Positions 1-9,337 of a DNA stretch of 64,000 nucleotides are shown here, piece after piece; positions within the stretch are counted from its first letter, which is position 1, and each line of letters starts with the position of its first letter. Source of the DNA: Gemmatimonas phototrophica (GTDB taxonomy: Bacteria; Latescibacterota; UBA2968; UBA8231); contig CAMAVQ010000004.1 of NCBI GenBank assembly GCA_945861755.1, positions 15,086-79,085 of the forward strand, in the 5' to 3' direction. The notes beneath the pieces were generated by a model. It did no database searches and was not told the DNA's origin. It saw nothing but the letters and a program-made list of their open reading frames with translations. Both the position numbers and the translations under genes were made by a program.

Positions 1-877
1 GCACATTGCCGGCGATGCGCAGGTCCTGGTCCATTTCGATAGGACCCCGCTGGGGGCCGGCCTCGGCAAGCTGATACACGAGCTTCACCGAGACCGTGTC
101 CCCCGCCAGCAAGAGATGTCCCTTGGCCTTGCTGATCAGCACCGCGGCCCGATCTTTGTGGCAGAGGACCTGCACATTCTCCCCGGCCTTGAGTGGCAGA
201 TCTTCGAGTTCCCGGCCGGCCTTGGCCGGCACTTCCCGGCCGGTGATATCTACCCCTGGCCGTCCGGAAGTGGCCGGGACCACCCGGCCCAACACCTGGC
301 CGGGCCAGACCATCCGCGCCCCGTTGCGCGCGCTGAAGTCCATAGTGCCGTCCTCGGTGATCCGGGAAGATGGGGGCGCCGTATCGAAGGCCCCGCGGAA
401 ATGCGCATCTGCCCCGTGTATGGGGGCGGTGCCTCGCGCCAGCAGCACGGCGTGCCTGAGGGGCACAGTACCCTGGCAGAGGGACTCGATCACCTCTTGC
501 TGCACACCGTGCTTCACCCCAGCCAGGTAGAGCAGCTCCTCCAGCCACTCGGACTGCAGTGGGAAAAGCGGCTGTGCCTGGGGGAAGAGGATCAGATGGA
601 CTTCCAGCAGGTCGGGGGAAAACCACAAGGGGGGTAGGACACCGAGGCGACCCTCCTCCAGGCAGGCATAACCAAGAATGCGGGAAAGGCAGCGGCCTTC
701 CTCCACCGCGACATGTTCCCCGACCTCCAACCTCTCACTCCCAGCCAGTTCTTCACCGGGCACCACCAGCCGGCTCCTCAGCTGGGCAGCCAGCACCTCT
801 TCGAGGTTGGGTCGCGCCAGGGCGGCGCGCAGCGCAGCTCCGGGCAGGGGATGAGGGCTCAGGGTGGTTGTGGACAC
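1..877 (-). CDS. FapA/DUF342-family protein, N-terminal part (gene runs off the window start)
   Basis: My translation of the minus strand is open from a GTG at 877-875, 4 nt after the stop of the REC-GAF gene, down to position 1: VSTTTLSPHP...VWPGQVLGRVVPATSGRPGVDITGREVPAKAGRELEDLPLKAGENVQVL... This glycine-rich segment is typical of DUF342/FapA. It is absent from the ORF track because there is no stop within the window. Confidence 0.6.
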   Translation of the reverse strand, partial: MSTTTLSPHPLPGAALRAALARPNLEEVLAAQLRSRLVVPGEELAGSERLEVGEHVAVEEGRCLSRILGYACLEEGRLGVLPPLWFSPDLLEVHLILFPQAQPLFPLQSEWLEELLYLAGVKHGVQQEVIESLCQGTVPLRHAVLLARGTAPIHGADAHFRGAFDTAPPSSRITEDGTMDFSARNGARMVWPGQVLGRVVPATSGRPGVDITGREVPAKAGRELEDLPLKAGENVQVLCHKDRAAVLISKAKGHLLLAGDTVSVKLVYQLAEAGPQRGPIEMDQDLRIAGNV

Positions 878-881
878 CGGG

Positions 882-1943
882 TTAGAGTTCGCCTCCCAGA
901 GGGTCTAAGGGCCCTGCTTCTCTGAGCACTTCGTCGAGCTGGCCTTTCCAGGTGTGGTACGTCTGTTGTAATTGGGCGTCCCTGATGGCCACTGCCGCCT
1001 GCAGGGCGAAACTGGCGACTGCCTCCAGTTCCTCCTTGGACATCGGCTGCCGGCTCCAGCGCTTGTCCACCTCGATGAGACCGAGCAGCTCGTCGCCGCG
1101 CGTCACCGGCACCACGGCAAAAGGCGGGAGCAGCGGGCTGCCGGTGTCGGCGACCCTGAGCGGCCGGCGCTCCCGACCCACCTGGGCAAAGGCCTCCAGA
1201 TGGAGGGGGCTGGGCTCCAGACCTGCCAATTCCGCGCCGGTGGTCGCCACCCCCTTTTTGGCCCTGAGGCCAATGGCGACCACCGGACGCATCCCCCCCA
1301 CCTCCTCGTGCAGATAGATGACCGCCCGGTCCAGCCCCAGCACCTCACAGATCACCTGGACCACCAGCCCCAGGGTTTCCTCCAGGGTGTGTACGGTGAG
1401 CAGGTGCTGGGCGATGCGGTCGCGGCCCTCCAATTCCCTCACCTTGAAGCTCAGCGCCCGGGTGCGCTCCCGCACCCGTTCCTCCAGTTCGGCGTTGAGT
1501 ACCTGCAGGGCTTCGTTTTTCTGAAAGAGTTCCTCGGTCAGCTCGCGGTTGTGCTGCTCCAACTCAAAGCGGTCGAGCAACTGGCGCACCACCAGTCTGA
1601 GCTGCCCGTCGTCCCAGGGTTTGCTGCAATAAAAGTGGATACCGCCCTCATTGATGGCCCGCGCTAGGGTCTCCACCTCGGAGTACCCGGTGAGCATGAT
1701 GCGCATGCTGTAGGGAGAGATCAAGCGGGCGCGGGCCAGGAATTCGGCACCAATCACCACCGGCATGCGCTGGTCCGAGATGATCAGCGAAATCTCGTTG
1801 TTCCGCAGCAGCTCCAGGCCCTCGGTACCGCTGGCGGCGGCTAAGACGCGGTAGCCTTCGCGCAAGAGCAGGCGTCGCAGAGCACTGAGGACCAGGGGAT
1901 CGTCGTCGACGATCAGGATGATGTGGGGCGTCGCAGTGGACAT
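882..1943 (-). CDS. Response regulator, receiver (REC) + coiled coil + GAF domain
   Basis: 353-aa ORF. N-terminus ILIVDDDP...ISDQRMP...CSKPW is a CheY-like receiver. The C-terminal half (LGLVVQVICEVLGLDRAVIYL...LLGLIEVDK) looks like a GAF domain. Confidence 0.85.
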   Translation of the reverse strand: MSTATPHIILIVDDDPLVLSALRRLLLREGYRVLAAASGTEGLELLRNNEISLIISDQRMPVVIGAEFLARARLISPYSMRIMLTGYSEVETLARAINEGGIHFYCSKPWDDGQLRLVVRQLLDRFELEQHNRELTEELFQKNEALQVLNAELEERVRERTRALSFKVRELEGRDRIAQHLLTVHTLEETLGLVVQVICEVLGLDRAVIYLHEEVGGMRPVVAIGLRAKKGVATTGAELAGLEPSPLHLEAFAQVGRERRPLRVADTGSPLLPPFAVVPVTRGDELLGLIEVDKRWSRQPMSKEELEAVASFALQAAVAIRDAQLQQTYHTWKGQLDEVLREAGPLDPLGGEL

Positions 1944-1964
1944 AGGTCGCTCCTAAAGAGGGGG

Positions 1965-3203
1965 TCAGAAGGAGGAGAACTCTTTCCTGGCGATGCGCTG
2001 TTTCAAGTCGGCGGTGATGCTGTCCAGTTCCAGTACTTCCATACCCAAGGCGTCGAGCAGCGGGAGCGACGGGGCTGCCGGCAGGGCGCAGGGCAGATCG
2101 GCAATGCCCAGGCGGTGTACCAGCACATCGGCCAGGTGGATCAGGCAGGCCAACGGATCGGGCTCCGGGCTGGCGGTAGGACGGCAGTGCCAGCGGATGG
2201 CTTCGGCCAGAGGAGCCGGCAGGTTCCACCACTCGGCCAAGTGGCCGCCCACTGCGGCGTGGGTGACGCCCAGCAAGTCTCGCTCGACAGCGGTAAAGGA
2301 GTGCTTCCCCTGGCGCGCCTGGCGGATCACCCGGGCGTACCGCCCGGGGATGGCGCTGGCCAGGACCAGCTTGCCCAGATCGTGCAGCAGACCAGCCAGG
2401 ATGGCGGCCTCCTGCTCCTGCTGGTCCCAGGACAGGCGCTGGGCGATCTGGCGGGCCAGCAGGCCGCAGGCCAGGGAGTGGCGCCACAGGGCCTCGTGGC
2501 TAAAACCTTCGACCTGCCGGATCTCCAGCACCTGGAAAACGCTGTGCGCCAGCACCAGGCCGTGTACCAAGGCCAGGCCCAGGACGGTCACGGCGCGCGC
2601 CACGTTTTCCACGTGGCGTCGCTGGCCGAAGAAGGTGGAGTTGGCCACCTGCAGCAGCTTGGCGGCCATGACCGGCTCGCGCAGGATGGCGCGGGCGATA
2701 GCCTCGACCGAAGGCTCCTCCTCTTCGAGCAGGTCTCGCACTTCAAAGTAGACCTGGGGCAGGACCGGCAGCGGACCGAGATGACTGAGAATAGCGTGTA
2801 ATCCGCGCGCCTCGTGCTCCTGGGACTCCTGCTGCCGCAGAAAACCGCGCAGGATGCCCTTGAGTTCCTCGTCGTCCCAGGGCTTGGCGATCATCTCGTG
2901 GATGCCCGCCTGTTCAAAGGCCCGCTGCACGGCCTCGCGTTCGGCGTAGCCAGTGAGCACTAGACGGGTCACTTGCGGGTACTGCCGGCGCACCTGCCCG
3001 AGAAAGACAGCGCCGTCCATGTGGGGCATGCGCATATCCGAGACTACCAGGTCCACGGGGTTGGCCGCCAGCAGCCTCAGGCCTTCTTGGCCGCTGCTGG
3101 CCAGCAGGAGCTTCCAGCCCTCCTTGCGCAGCAGGCGCCGCAGGGCAGAGAGTACATGGGGCTCGTCGTCCACCAAGAGCACGGTGTACTTTTCCGCGTT
3201 CAT
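1965..3203 (-). CDS. Response regulator, REC + HDOD domain
   Basis: 412-aa ORF. Receiver motifs VLLVDDEP, VSDMRMP and IAKPW. HDOD-like region PVLPQVYFEV...AAKLLQVANSTFFG...LLHDLGKLVL. ATGA overlap with the upstream kinase stop (3200-3203). Confidence 0.9.
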   Translation of the reverse strand: MNAEKYTVLLVDDEPHVLSALRRLLRKEGWKLLLASSGQEGLRLLAANPVDLVVSDMRMPHMDGAVFLGQVRRQYPQVTRLVLTGYAEREAVQRAFEQAGIHEMIAKPWDDEELKGILRGFLRQQESQEHEARGLHAILSHLGPLPVLPQVYFEVRDLLEEEEPSVEAIARAILREPVMAAKLLQVANSTFFGQRRHVENVARAVTVLGLALVHGLVLAHSVFQVLEIRQVEGFSHEALWRHSLACGLLARQIAQRLSWDQQEQEAAILAGLLHDLGKLVLASAIPGRYARVIRQARQGKHSFTAVERDLLGVTHAAVGGHLAEWWNLPAPLAEAIRWHCRPTASPEPDPLACLIHLADVLVHRLGIADLPCALPAAPSLPLLDALGMEVLELDSITADLKQRIARKEFSSF

Positions 3204-4471
3204 CGCGGTGGAATTCCTCCGGCATCACCTACGGGAATCCTGACCGTGAAGGTGGTGCCCACCCCTTCTTTGCTGTCCACCAGCAGTTCCCCGCCGTGTT
3301 TGTGGACGACGATGTTGTAGCTGGTGCTCAGGCCCAGGCCCGTGCCCTGGCCCACGGGTTTGGTAGTGAAAAAGGGCTCGAAGAGGCGCCTCCTGACCTC
3401 GGGGGACATGCCCTGGCCCGTGTCGGCAACGGCGGCGCACACCCAGCCCTCCTCCTGGAAGGTGCGGATGGAGACCACCCCCCGCTCGGCGATGGCCTGG
3501 GCGGCGTTGACCAACAAATTGATGAAAACCTGGTTGAGCTCCTGGGGATAACACAGCACCTGGGGCAGGAGGGCGTAGTTCTTTTCGACCTCGGCCTTGT
3601 ACTTGAGTTCGTTCGAAGCGATGCTGAGGGCGCTTTCCAGGCACTGGTTGAGGTCGGCGGGCGTTTTTTCCGTCTTGTCGAGGTGGGCAAATTCCCGGAG
3701 GTTCTGGATGATGTGGCACACCCGTTCGGCCCCTTCGCGCGATTCGCGGATGAGCTGGTCCAGGTCCCCAATCAGGTAGTCGACATCCACCTCGGCGCGG
3801 CAGCTGCCCACCTGCAGGCGGGCCTGGGCGATCTGGTCGGCGTTCCCGCTCTCTAGGGCCTGGTACAGGCCCTCGTACCCCCGGACCAGCCCGAGGATGT
3901 CGCGGCTGTATTCGGCCAGGGTGCCCAGATTGCTAAAGATGAAACCCAGGGGATTGTTGATTTCGTGGGCGATCCCGGCGGCCAGTTGGCCGATGGAGGC
4001 CAGCTTCTCCGATTGGAAGAGCTGGGCGACGAATTCCTTGCGTTCCGTGAGGTCAAAGGCGGTGCAGACCACGCCCTCCACCCGCCCCTGCTCATCGCGC
4101 AGCGCCGAACGCGAACAGAGCATGGGAATCAGGCGGCCATCCCGCGCCCGGTACCTGGTCTCCACCCGGACCAGGGCCAGGGATTCCGAATGCATGGCCG
4201 CCTCGGGCACGGCGGTCACTGGCAGTTCCGCGTTGGTGCAGATGGCGCTCAGGGGCCGGCCCAGCAGCTCCTCCTCGCTATAGCCGAGTAATTCGAGCAG
4301 GGCGCGGTTGACGGTCTGGATGAGCCCCTGGCTGTCGGTGACCACCACCGTGCCCTGCATGGAGGAAAACACCTGCTCAAGGTAGCGGTTGGCGCGGCGC
4401 TCCTGCTCGTAGCCCAACTTGGGGGCGACCTCTTGCAATGCCCCTGTTTCCGGCACCGACTCAGGCCTCAT
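3200..4471 (-). CDS. Cytoplasmic PAS sensor histidine kinase (complete HisKA + HATPase_c)
   Basis: PAS-like N-terminus. H-box AAGIAHEINNPL, N-box INLLVNAAQA, G1 DTGQGM, F/G2 FEPFFTTK..GTGLGLS. Start taken at ATG 4471, preceded by GGAGGTG. The ORF track extends to 4507. Confidence 0.9.
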   Translation of the reverse strand: MRPESVPETGALQEVAPKLGYEQERRANRYLEQVFSSMQGTVVVTDSQGLIQTVNRALLELLGYSEEELLGRPLSAICTNAELPVTAVPEAAMHSESLALVRVETRYRARDGRLIPMLCSRSALRDEQGRVEGVVCTAFDLTERKEFVAQLFQSEKLASIGQLAAGIAHEINNPLGFIFSNLGTLAEYSRDILGLVRGYEGLYQALESGNADQIAQARLQVGSCRAEVDVDYLIGDLDQLIRESREGAERVCHIIQNLREFAHLDKTEKTPADLNQCLESALSIASNELKYKAEVEKNYALLPQVLCYPQELNQVFINLLVNAAQAIAERGVVSIRTFQEEGWVCAAVADTGQGMSPEVRRRLFEPFFTTKPVGQGTGLGLSTSYNIVVHKHGGELLVDSKEGVGTTFTVRIPVGDAGGIPPR

Positions 4472-5075
4472 TGGTTTCCACCTCCGCCACAGCCCGCACC
4501 TCGACACCGGTCAGGCGGGAGACCTTTTCCACCAACGCGGCATTCTCAAAAGGCTTACCCAGCACCTCATCGGCGCCCCTGGCCACGGCTTCGTCGAGCC
4601 GCGGGCGCGGCAGCCCCGAGACCACGAGGATCTTGGTGCCCTGCAGGCGCGGGTGGCTGCGGACAAAACCGAGTACCTCCAGGCCCCCCAGCCCGGGCAT
4701 ACGCAGATCGAGGGTCATCACGTCCGGAGCCCAGGATTCCATCAGGGCCCCGGCGCTGAAGCCGTCAAAGGCCAGCTGGGTCTCGAAGCCGGCCCGGCGC
4801 AGGACCCGCTGTATCGCCCGGGCGGCGCCCTGGTCGTCGTCGACGATCAACACGCGCGGCGCAGCGTGTGGAGCGGGGCGCTGAAACTCCCCGGGCACCG
4901 GCAGGTTGTTTTGATGCAGAAAGCGGAGGAAATCATCCACCTCTACCCGGTTGTCGCCGCGCCCAGGCAGTTGGTAGGCCTTGAGGTGCCCCCGCTTGAT
5001 CCAGCGGATCACAGTGCGGAAATTGACTTTGCAGTATTGCGCAATCTCTCCGGTAGTCAACACGCTCTTTTCCAC
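4461..5075 (-). CDS. N-terminal MerR/excisionase-type HTH fused to a C-terminal receiver domain
   Basis: 204 aa. TTGEIAQYCKVNFRTVIRWIKRGHLKAY resembles an HTH_17-type helix-turn-helix. It is followed by VLIVDDD...LDLRMPGLGG...LGKPF, a receiver domain. Confidence 0.8.
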   Translation of the reverse strand: MEKSVLTTGEIAQYCKVNFRTVIRWIKRGHLKAYQLPGRGDNRVEVDDFLRFLHQNNLPVPGEFQRPAPHAAPRVLIVDDDQGAARAIQRVLRRAGFETQLAFDGFSAGALMESWAPDVMTLDLRMPGLGGLEVLGFVRSHPRLQGTKILVVSGLPRPRLDEAVARGADEVLGKPFENAALVEKVSRLTGVEVRAVAEVETNEA

Positions 5076-5204
5076 GGCTCAGCCGACCTCCAGAATGTCT
5101 TATTTGACTTAACGATATAACATACATTACCTGACTTTCATGTCAAGTAGAAAATTACTCTACCGCGATTTGTACCTTTAGCACCTTGGGGAAAGGAAGC
5201 CCGC

Positions 5205-6563
5205 ATGACCCAGAACCCCCCCCTCATCATCAGCATCTCCGGCATCCGCGGCATCGTCGGCCAATCCCTCACCGAAGAGGTGGCCGGCCACTTTGCCGCC
5301 GCCTTCGGCACCTGGCTGGGTGCCGGCCGGACCGTTGTGCTGGCCCGCGACCCCCGGCCTTCGGGCGAGGCCCTAGCCTGGGCCTGCGCCGCCGCCTTGC
5401 GGGAGATGGGCTGCCGGGTGCTCGACCTGGGGCTCTGCTCCACACCGGGGGCCAAGCTGATGGTCACTGAACTGGGGGCCGCCGGGGCGATCATCCTCAC
5501 CGCCAGCCACAATCCGCTGCCCTGGAACGGCCTCAAAATGATCCGGGGGGACGGCATCTTCCTCAATGCGGCCCAGGGCAAGGAGGTGGAAGCCCTCTTT
5601 CGCTCGCTGGCCTTTGCCCCCAGGGGGGGCGGCTCCCTGGAGCAGGTGGACCCGGCGCTGGTCTGCCGTCGGCACCTGGAACGCATCCTGGCCGCCGTAG
5701 ACGTGGAGCGCATCCGCCGAGCCCGCCTGCGGGTGGCGGTGGACCCCTGCAACGGGGCCGGCGGCCTGCTCCTGCCCCAATTGTTGCAGGCCCTGGAGGT
5801 GGAAGGCCATTTCATCCACGCCGAAGCGCACGGCCGCTTTGCCCACGAGCCCGAGCCAATACCGGCCAACCTGGTCGATCTGGGCCAGGCCGTGCGCCAC
5901 AGCCAGAGCGCCGTCGGTTTTGCCATCGACCCAGACGCCGACCGGGTAGCCCTGGTGGGGGAGGAGGGGGAGCCGGTGGGCGAGGACTACACCCTGGCGC
6001 TGGCGGTCCTGGCGATAGGCGCGCGGCGGCAGGGGCTCGTGGTCACCACCCTCTCCACCTCCCAGCTGGTCAGCGACGCCGCCCAAGCCCGTCAGTGTTC
6101 GGTGGTGCTCACCCCGGTGGGCGAGGTGCATGTGGTGGAGAAAATGGTCGAGGTAGGAGCGGTGATCGGCGGGGAAGGCAACGGCGGGGTCGTGCTCACC
6201 GAGGTGGACCCAGGACGGGACGCGGCCCTGGGGGTGGCCATTGTCCTCGAATCCCTGGCCCAACAGCCCCTGGCCGCCTGGCTGGCACAACTGCCCCGCT
6301 ACAGCATCGACAAACGCAAGGTGAGCTGTACTCCGGCCCAGTTGGCGCAGGCCCTCGAACGACTGCGCCACCACCACCCCACAGCCTTTGCCCATCCAGT
6401 GGTGGACGGGGTAAAGCTATACCTGAGCGGTCGGCTGGAATGTCCCTGGGTCCACCTGCGGGCCTCCAATACCGAGCCCGTGGTGCGTATCATCGCCGAA
6501 AGCATCACCCCTGTGGAAGCAGCGGCCCTGTGCGACGAGGCGGAGGAATTGTTGAAGGGATGA
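5205..6563 (+). CDS. alpha-D-phosphohexomutase (phosphoglucosamine/phosphomannomutase family)
   Basis: 452 aa. Active-site loop TASHNP, Mg loop DPDADR, sugar loop GGEGNGG, phosphate loop RASNTEP. Confidence 0.9.
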   Translation: MTQNPPLIISISGIRGIVGQSLTEEVAGHFAAAFGTWLGAGRTVVLARDPRPSGEALAWACAAALREMGCRVLDLGLCSTPGAKLMVTELGAAGAIILTASHNPLPWNGLKMIRGDGIFLNAAQGKEVEALFRSLAFAPRGGGSLEQVDPALVCRRHLERILAAVDVERIRRARLRVAVDPCNGAGGLLLPQLLQALEVEGHFIHAEAHGRFAHEPEPIPANLVDLGQAVRHSQSAVGFAIDPDADRVALVGEEGEPVGEDYTLALAVLAIGARRQGLVVTTLSTSQLVSDAAQARQCSVVLTPVGEVHVVEKMVEVGAVIGGEGNGGVVLTEVDPGRDAALGVAIVLESLAQQPLAAWLAQLPRYSIDKRKVSCTPAQLAQALERLRHHHPTAFAHPVVDGVKLYLSGRLECPWVHLRASNTEPVVRIIAESITPVEAAALCDEAEELLKG

Positions 6564-6771
6564 CAGAGCAATACAGGCTACAGGGTCGGATGGCGGAAAA
6601 TAGCAACAGTGACGATAGCGGCGGGGAGATGACCCTGGAAGTCTTTCCCGGGGAATGGTCGGGAAGGGAAATCCGCGTGGTGGTGGGCCGGGTAGCGGAG
6701 CAAAGCGAGCGAGGGGGAAGGACGCGCCTGGGGAAAGGCTGGAATGGGTCGCTCCCCGACGCTTCAGCAAC

Positions 6772-7152
6772 TCACTGCAACTCGAAGCCGGTGATCAGCA
6801 CCTCCACCACCCGGCCCTTCTTGAGCACCTTCTGGTTGACCAGCATCAGGATCTCCTTCTGCAGCTTCTCCACCCGCAGCGGATCTTCCAGGTACTGGGC
6901 ATCCTTGCTGCTGAGTAGGGCCAGCAGCGCGTGCTTCAGCTCGATATGTTTGCGCTGGATCTCCTCCAGACCCACCTGCGGCGGACAGACCCTGAAGACC
7001 ACCTGCACCTGTAAATGCCGGTCAGGAGCGCCGGCCGGGTTGGCGCGGATAGGCTCCAGGCTGTCGTACAGGGGACATTCGTCCTGCTGGTACTGCAGGG
7101 TACTCGCACAACCGCTAACAGCCAGCAGCCAGCACAGAGCGAGGCGTTTCAT
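6772..7152 (-). CDS. Small lipoprotein, FliL-like C-terminal region
   Basis: 126 aa. Signal peptide with lipobox LAVSGC. The C-terminal pattern ...LKHALLALLSSK...LQKEILMLVNQKV...VVEVLITGFELQ resembles the FliL family. Confidence 0.55.
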   Translation of the reverse strand: MKRLALCWLLAVSGCASTLQYQQDECPLYDSLEPIRANPAGAPDRHLQVQVVFRVCPPQVGLEEIQRKHIELKHALLALLSSKDAQYLEDPLRVEKLQKEILMLVNQKVLKKGRVVEVLITGFELQ

Positions 7153-7164
7153 CGGCGTCGCCGA

Positions 7165-7548
7165 TCAGGAGGTGGGGGCGTTTTGTTTCCTGACCACCGG
7201 AGCGCGGAAGAGCCGCTCCAGCGGAGCGTTCTCCGGCTGGGAGGCGGAGAGGCTGGCCCGTTCGTCGATCAGGCGGCTCAGCCGGTCGATCTTCTCGTGC
7301 GCCTTCTCGGTGATCAGCTGGCGTTCCTGGAGGACGTTGAGCAATTCGGCAGCGATATCCATGGCCGCCAACACGGCCACCTTGCCCCTGGGCAGAGTGC
7401 TCTGACGGGCCAACAACTCGCGCATTTTGCGATCCACGTACTCGGCCACCCGCTGCACCTCGGCCGGGTCGCCCTCGCTGGCGATGCGATATTCTTCGCC
7501 CAAAATGTGGACCAATACTCCCTGGACCTGCTTGCCCTTCTCGGCCAT
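7165..7548 (-). CDS. zapA: Cell division protein ZapA
   Basis: Internal ATG at 7548 is preceded by AAGGAGAGGG. Sequence MAEKGKQVQGVLVHILGEEYRIASEGDPAEVQRVAEYVDRKMREL...VAVLAAMDIAAEL is the ZapA pattern. The 217-aa track ORF has a Gly/Arg-rich extension that I consider non-coding. Confidence 0.8.
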   Translation of the reverse strand: MAEKGKQVQGVLVHILGEEYRIASEGDPAEVQRVAEYVDRKMRELLARQSTLPRGKVAVLAAMDIAAELLNVLQERQLITEKAHEKIDRLSRLIDERASLSASQPENAPLERLFRAPVVRKQNAPTS

Positions 7549-7559
7549 CGCCCTCTCCT

Positions 7560-8081
7560 TCAGGAAACTTGGGCGGCGCCGGCCGCCAACAGGTCGCTGT
7601 AGGATTCGGCGATCAGCTGATCGCCCCTGATCTCCAGGGCCCGCATCAGGGTTTCCACCCGGGCGTGGCTCTCCTCCAGCTTCTTCTCTTCGGTCACCGC
7701 TTCCAGCTCCACGAATTGGCCCAGATCCTTCACATCGTCCAGGTGGATGCGCACATTCTCCCACAGCCAGACCTGGCGGGTCTTCTCCACCTCGATCCAA
7801 GTGCCCAACACCTGGCACAGCATATTGCGCATGGCCTCGGGATCGGTGGTGAAGGCCAGGTCGTAGTCGCTGCGCTTGGGACCTGGCAGATTCTCGCGGC
7901 GGTAATAGATCAGGTGGGCCTCGTCAGGGCCGATCTGGCGCAGCTTCAGCCGGCCTTCCTTGATATTGAAATAGGTGTCGCGTTGGTGAAAGCTACCCGC
8001 CGGCCCGGCACCCAGGGCGTTGAGATTTCGCTCAGCGCGCCCTAAGTCCTGACAGTACGCCTTGATCTCGATATTGGTCAT
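7560..8081 (-). CDS. CYTH-domain protein / class IV adenylate cyclase-like
   Basis: 173 aa. N-terminal NIEIKA (ExExK motif). Size and pattern match CyaB/CYTH proteins. Confidence 0.75.
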   Translation of the reverse strand: MTNIEIKAYCQDLGRAERNLNALGAGPAGSFHQRDTYFNIKEGRLKLRQIGPDEAHLIYYRRENLPGPKRSDYDLAFTTDPEAMRNMLCQVLGTWIEVEKTRQVWLWENVRIHLDDVKDLGQFVELEAVTEEKKLEESHARVETLMRALEIRGDQLIAESYSDLLAAGAAQVS

Positions 8082-8167
8082 GGCAGAGTTTGAACACGGA
8101 CTGCGGGGATGCCGGCCGGGGAGCCGGACGAATTAAATGTAGGTGTTCACCTGGGCCCAGGCAAGAA

Positions 8168-9223
8168 TCACCGCCTCCAGCCGCCCACCTCCATGCCCAG
8201 ACCGGCCAGTTTGTCCAACACCACCTGCCACCGCTGCCGGTCAAAGGGAATGCCCAGCTGCTGGCGCTGAACCTGCAATTGGCGGGCCCGGTCGCCGGGG
8301 GCCCGCACCTGGTCCACCCCGGCGGCCGGCGGAATGACGCGGGCGCTGTCGGCCAGAAAACCGCAGCGCTCGGCAAAATGTTCAACGCCGCCAAAATAGG
8401 CCGGGTCCAGGACCAGGGAGAAAAAGCCGCAGCCATAGGACTGCTTCAGCTCGGTGACCGGCGGCACGTCCCGGCCGCAGGGACCGCCAGCCAGGCCGCC
8501 GCAGAGCAGATCCACCAGTAACCCAAAACCGTAACCCAGAGCGCCTCCCACCGGCAGCAGCACCCCAGCCAGCGCGGCGGCCGCATCGGTGGTGGGCTTC
8601 CCCTCCCGGTCCAGGGCGATGTCCGGGGCAATGGAACGGCCCTCTTCAAAGGCCTGTTTGATGCGCGCGGCGGCATGGCCGGTGGCCGCGTCGAAAACCA
8701 GCGGCTCTCCCCCCTCGGTGGGTGCGGCGTAGGCGATGGGGTTGGTGCCGTGCAGCCCCTCCCGGCCGCCCTGGGGCGCCACCCGCGGCGTGGAGTTGGC
8801 CGCGCACAGCCCCAGCATGCCCTGGCGGGCAGGGCGCACAGCATAAAAAGCCAGGGCACCCACATAGTTGCTGTCCACCAGACTCACCGCTCCCACCCCG
8901 CACTGGCGGGCCTTGGCCAGGGCCAGGTCCATGGCCGCGCAGGCCAGCACCGGTCCCAGGCCCTGCTGCCCGTCGCACAGCGCCGTACCCGGCCCCTCCT
9001 GCCGGATGAGCAACTCCTTGCCCGGAACGATCTGCCCGGAGCGGATGCGCTCGATATAAGTGGGCAGCATGGCCACCCCGTGGCTGTCCACCCCGCGCAG
9101 GCTGGCGTCCAGCAGACTTTGGGTGCAGATCAGAGCTTCCCCAGAGGGCACTCCAGCCTGGGCCAGCACCTCCATGCAGAACTCCTCGGCCTTCGCTACC
9201 GACAGCGTGATCGTTTCGCTCAT
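8168..9223 (-). CDS. Ldh_2 family (malate/L-lactate/ureidoglycolate) dehydrogenase
   Basis: 351 aa. LLDASLRGVDSHGVAMLPTYIERIRSG and GTNPIAYAAP are typical of the Ldh_2 family. Confidence 0.8.
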   Translation of the reverse strand: MSETITLSVAKAEEFCMEVLAQAGVPSGEALICTQSLLDASLRGVDSHGVAMLPTYIERIRSGQIVPGKELLIRQEGPGTALCDGQQGLGPVLACAAMDLALAKARQCGVGAVSLVDSNYVGALAFYAVRPARQGMLGLCAANSTPRVAPQGGREGLHGTNPIAYAAPTEGGEPLVFDAATGHAAARIKQAFEEGRSIAPDIALDREGKPTTDAAAALAGVLLPVGGALGYGFGLLVDLLCGGLAGGPCGRDVPPVTELKQSYGCGFFSLVLDPAYFGGVEHFAERCGFLADSARVIPPAAGVDQVRAPGDRARQLQVQRQQLGIPFDRQRWQVVLDKLAGLGMEVGGWRR

Positions 9224-9337
9224 GGGTGCCTTCCTCGATGAGTTTTAGGATTGGAGTAATCTACCACGCTCACGGCAGGCAGACCAGCGCGGAGAACTTG
9301 CGCCGAGCGGGCAAATGCCGCAAAGTATATCCACTCT

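Noticed and set aside
5076-5204. The AT-rich divergent intergenic region between the HTH-REC gene and the phosphohexomutase gene. I looked for sigma70 hexamers (TTGACT at 5104, TTGACA on the minus strand at 5146-5141).
   Set aside because: No -10 element lies at 16-18 nt from either -35 candidate, so I do not report specific promoters.
6564-6771. A 208-bp purine-rich spacer downstream of the zapA / FliL-like unit. I considered a 6S RNA (ssrS), because zapA-ssrS linkage is known in gammaproteobacteria.
   Set aside because: The tract is strongly purine-biased on one strand, so it cannot form the long closed stem with central bubble of 6S RNA. I found no convincing hairpins or terminator. A covariance-model scan would be needed.
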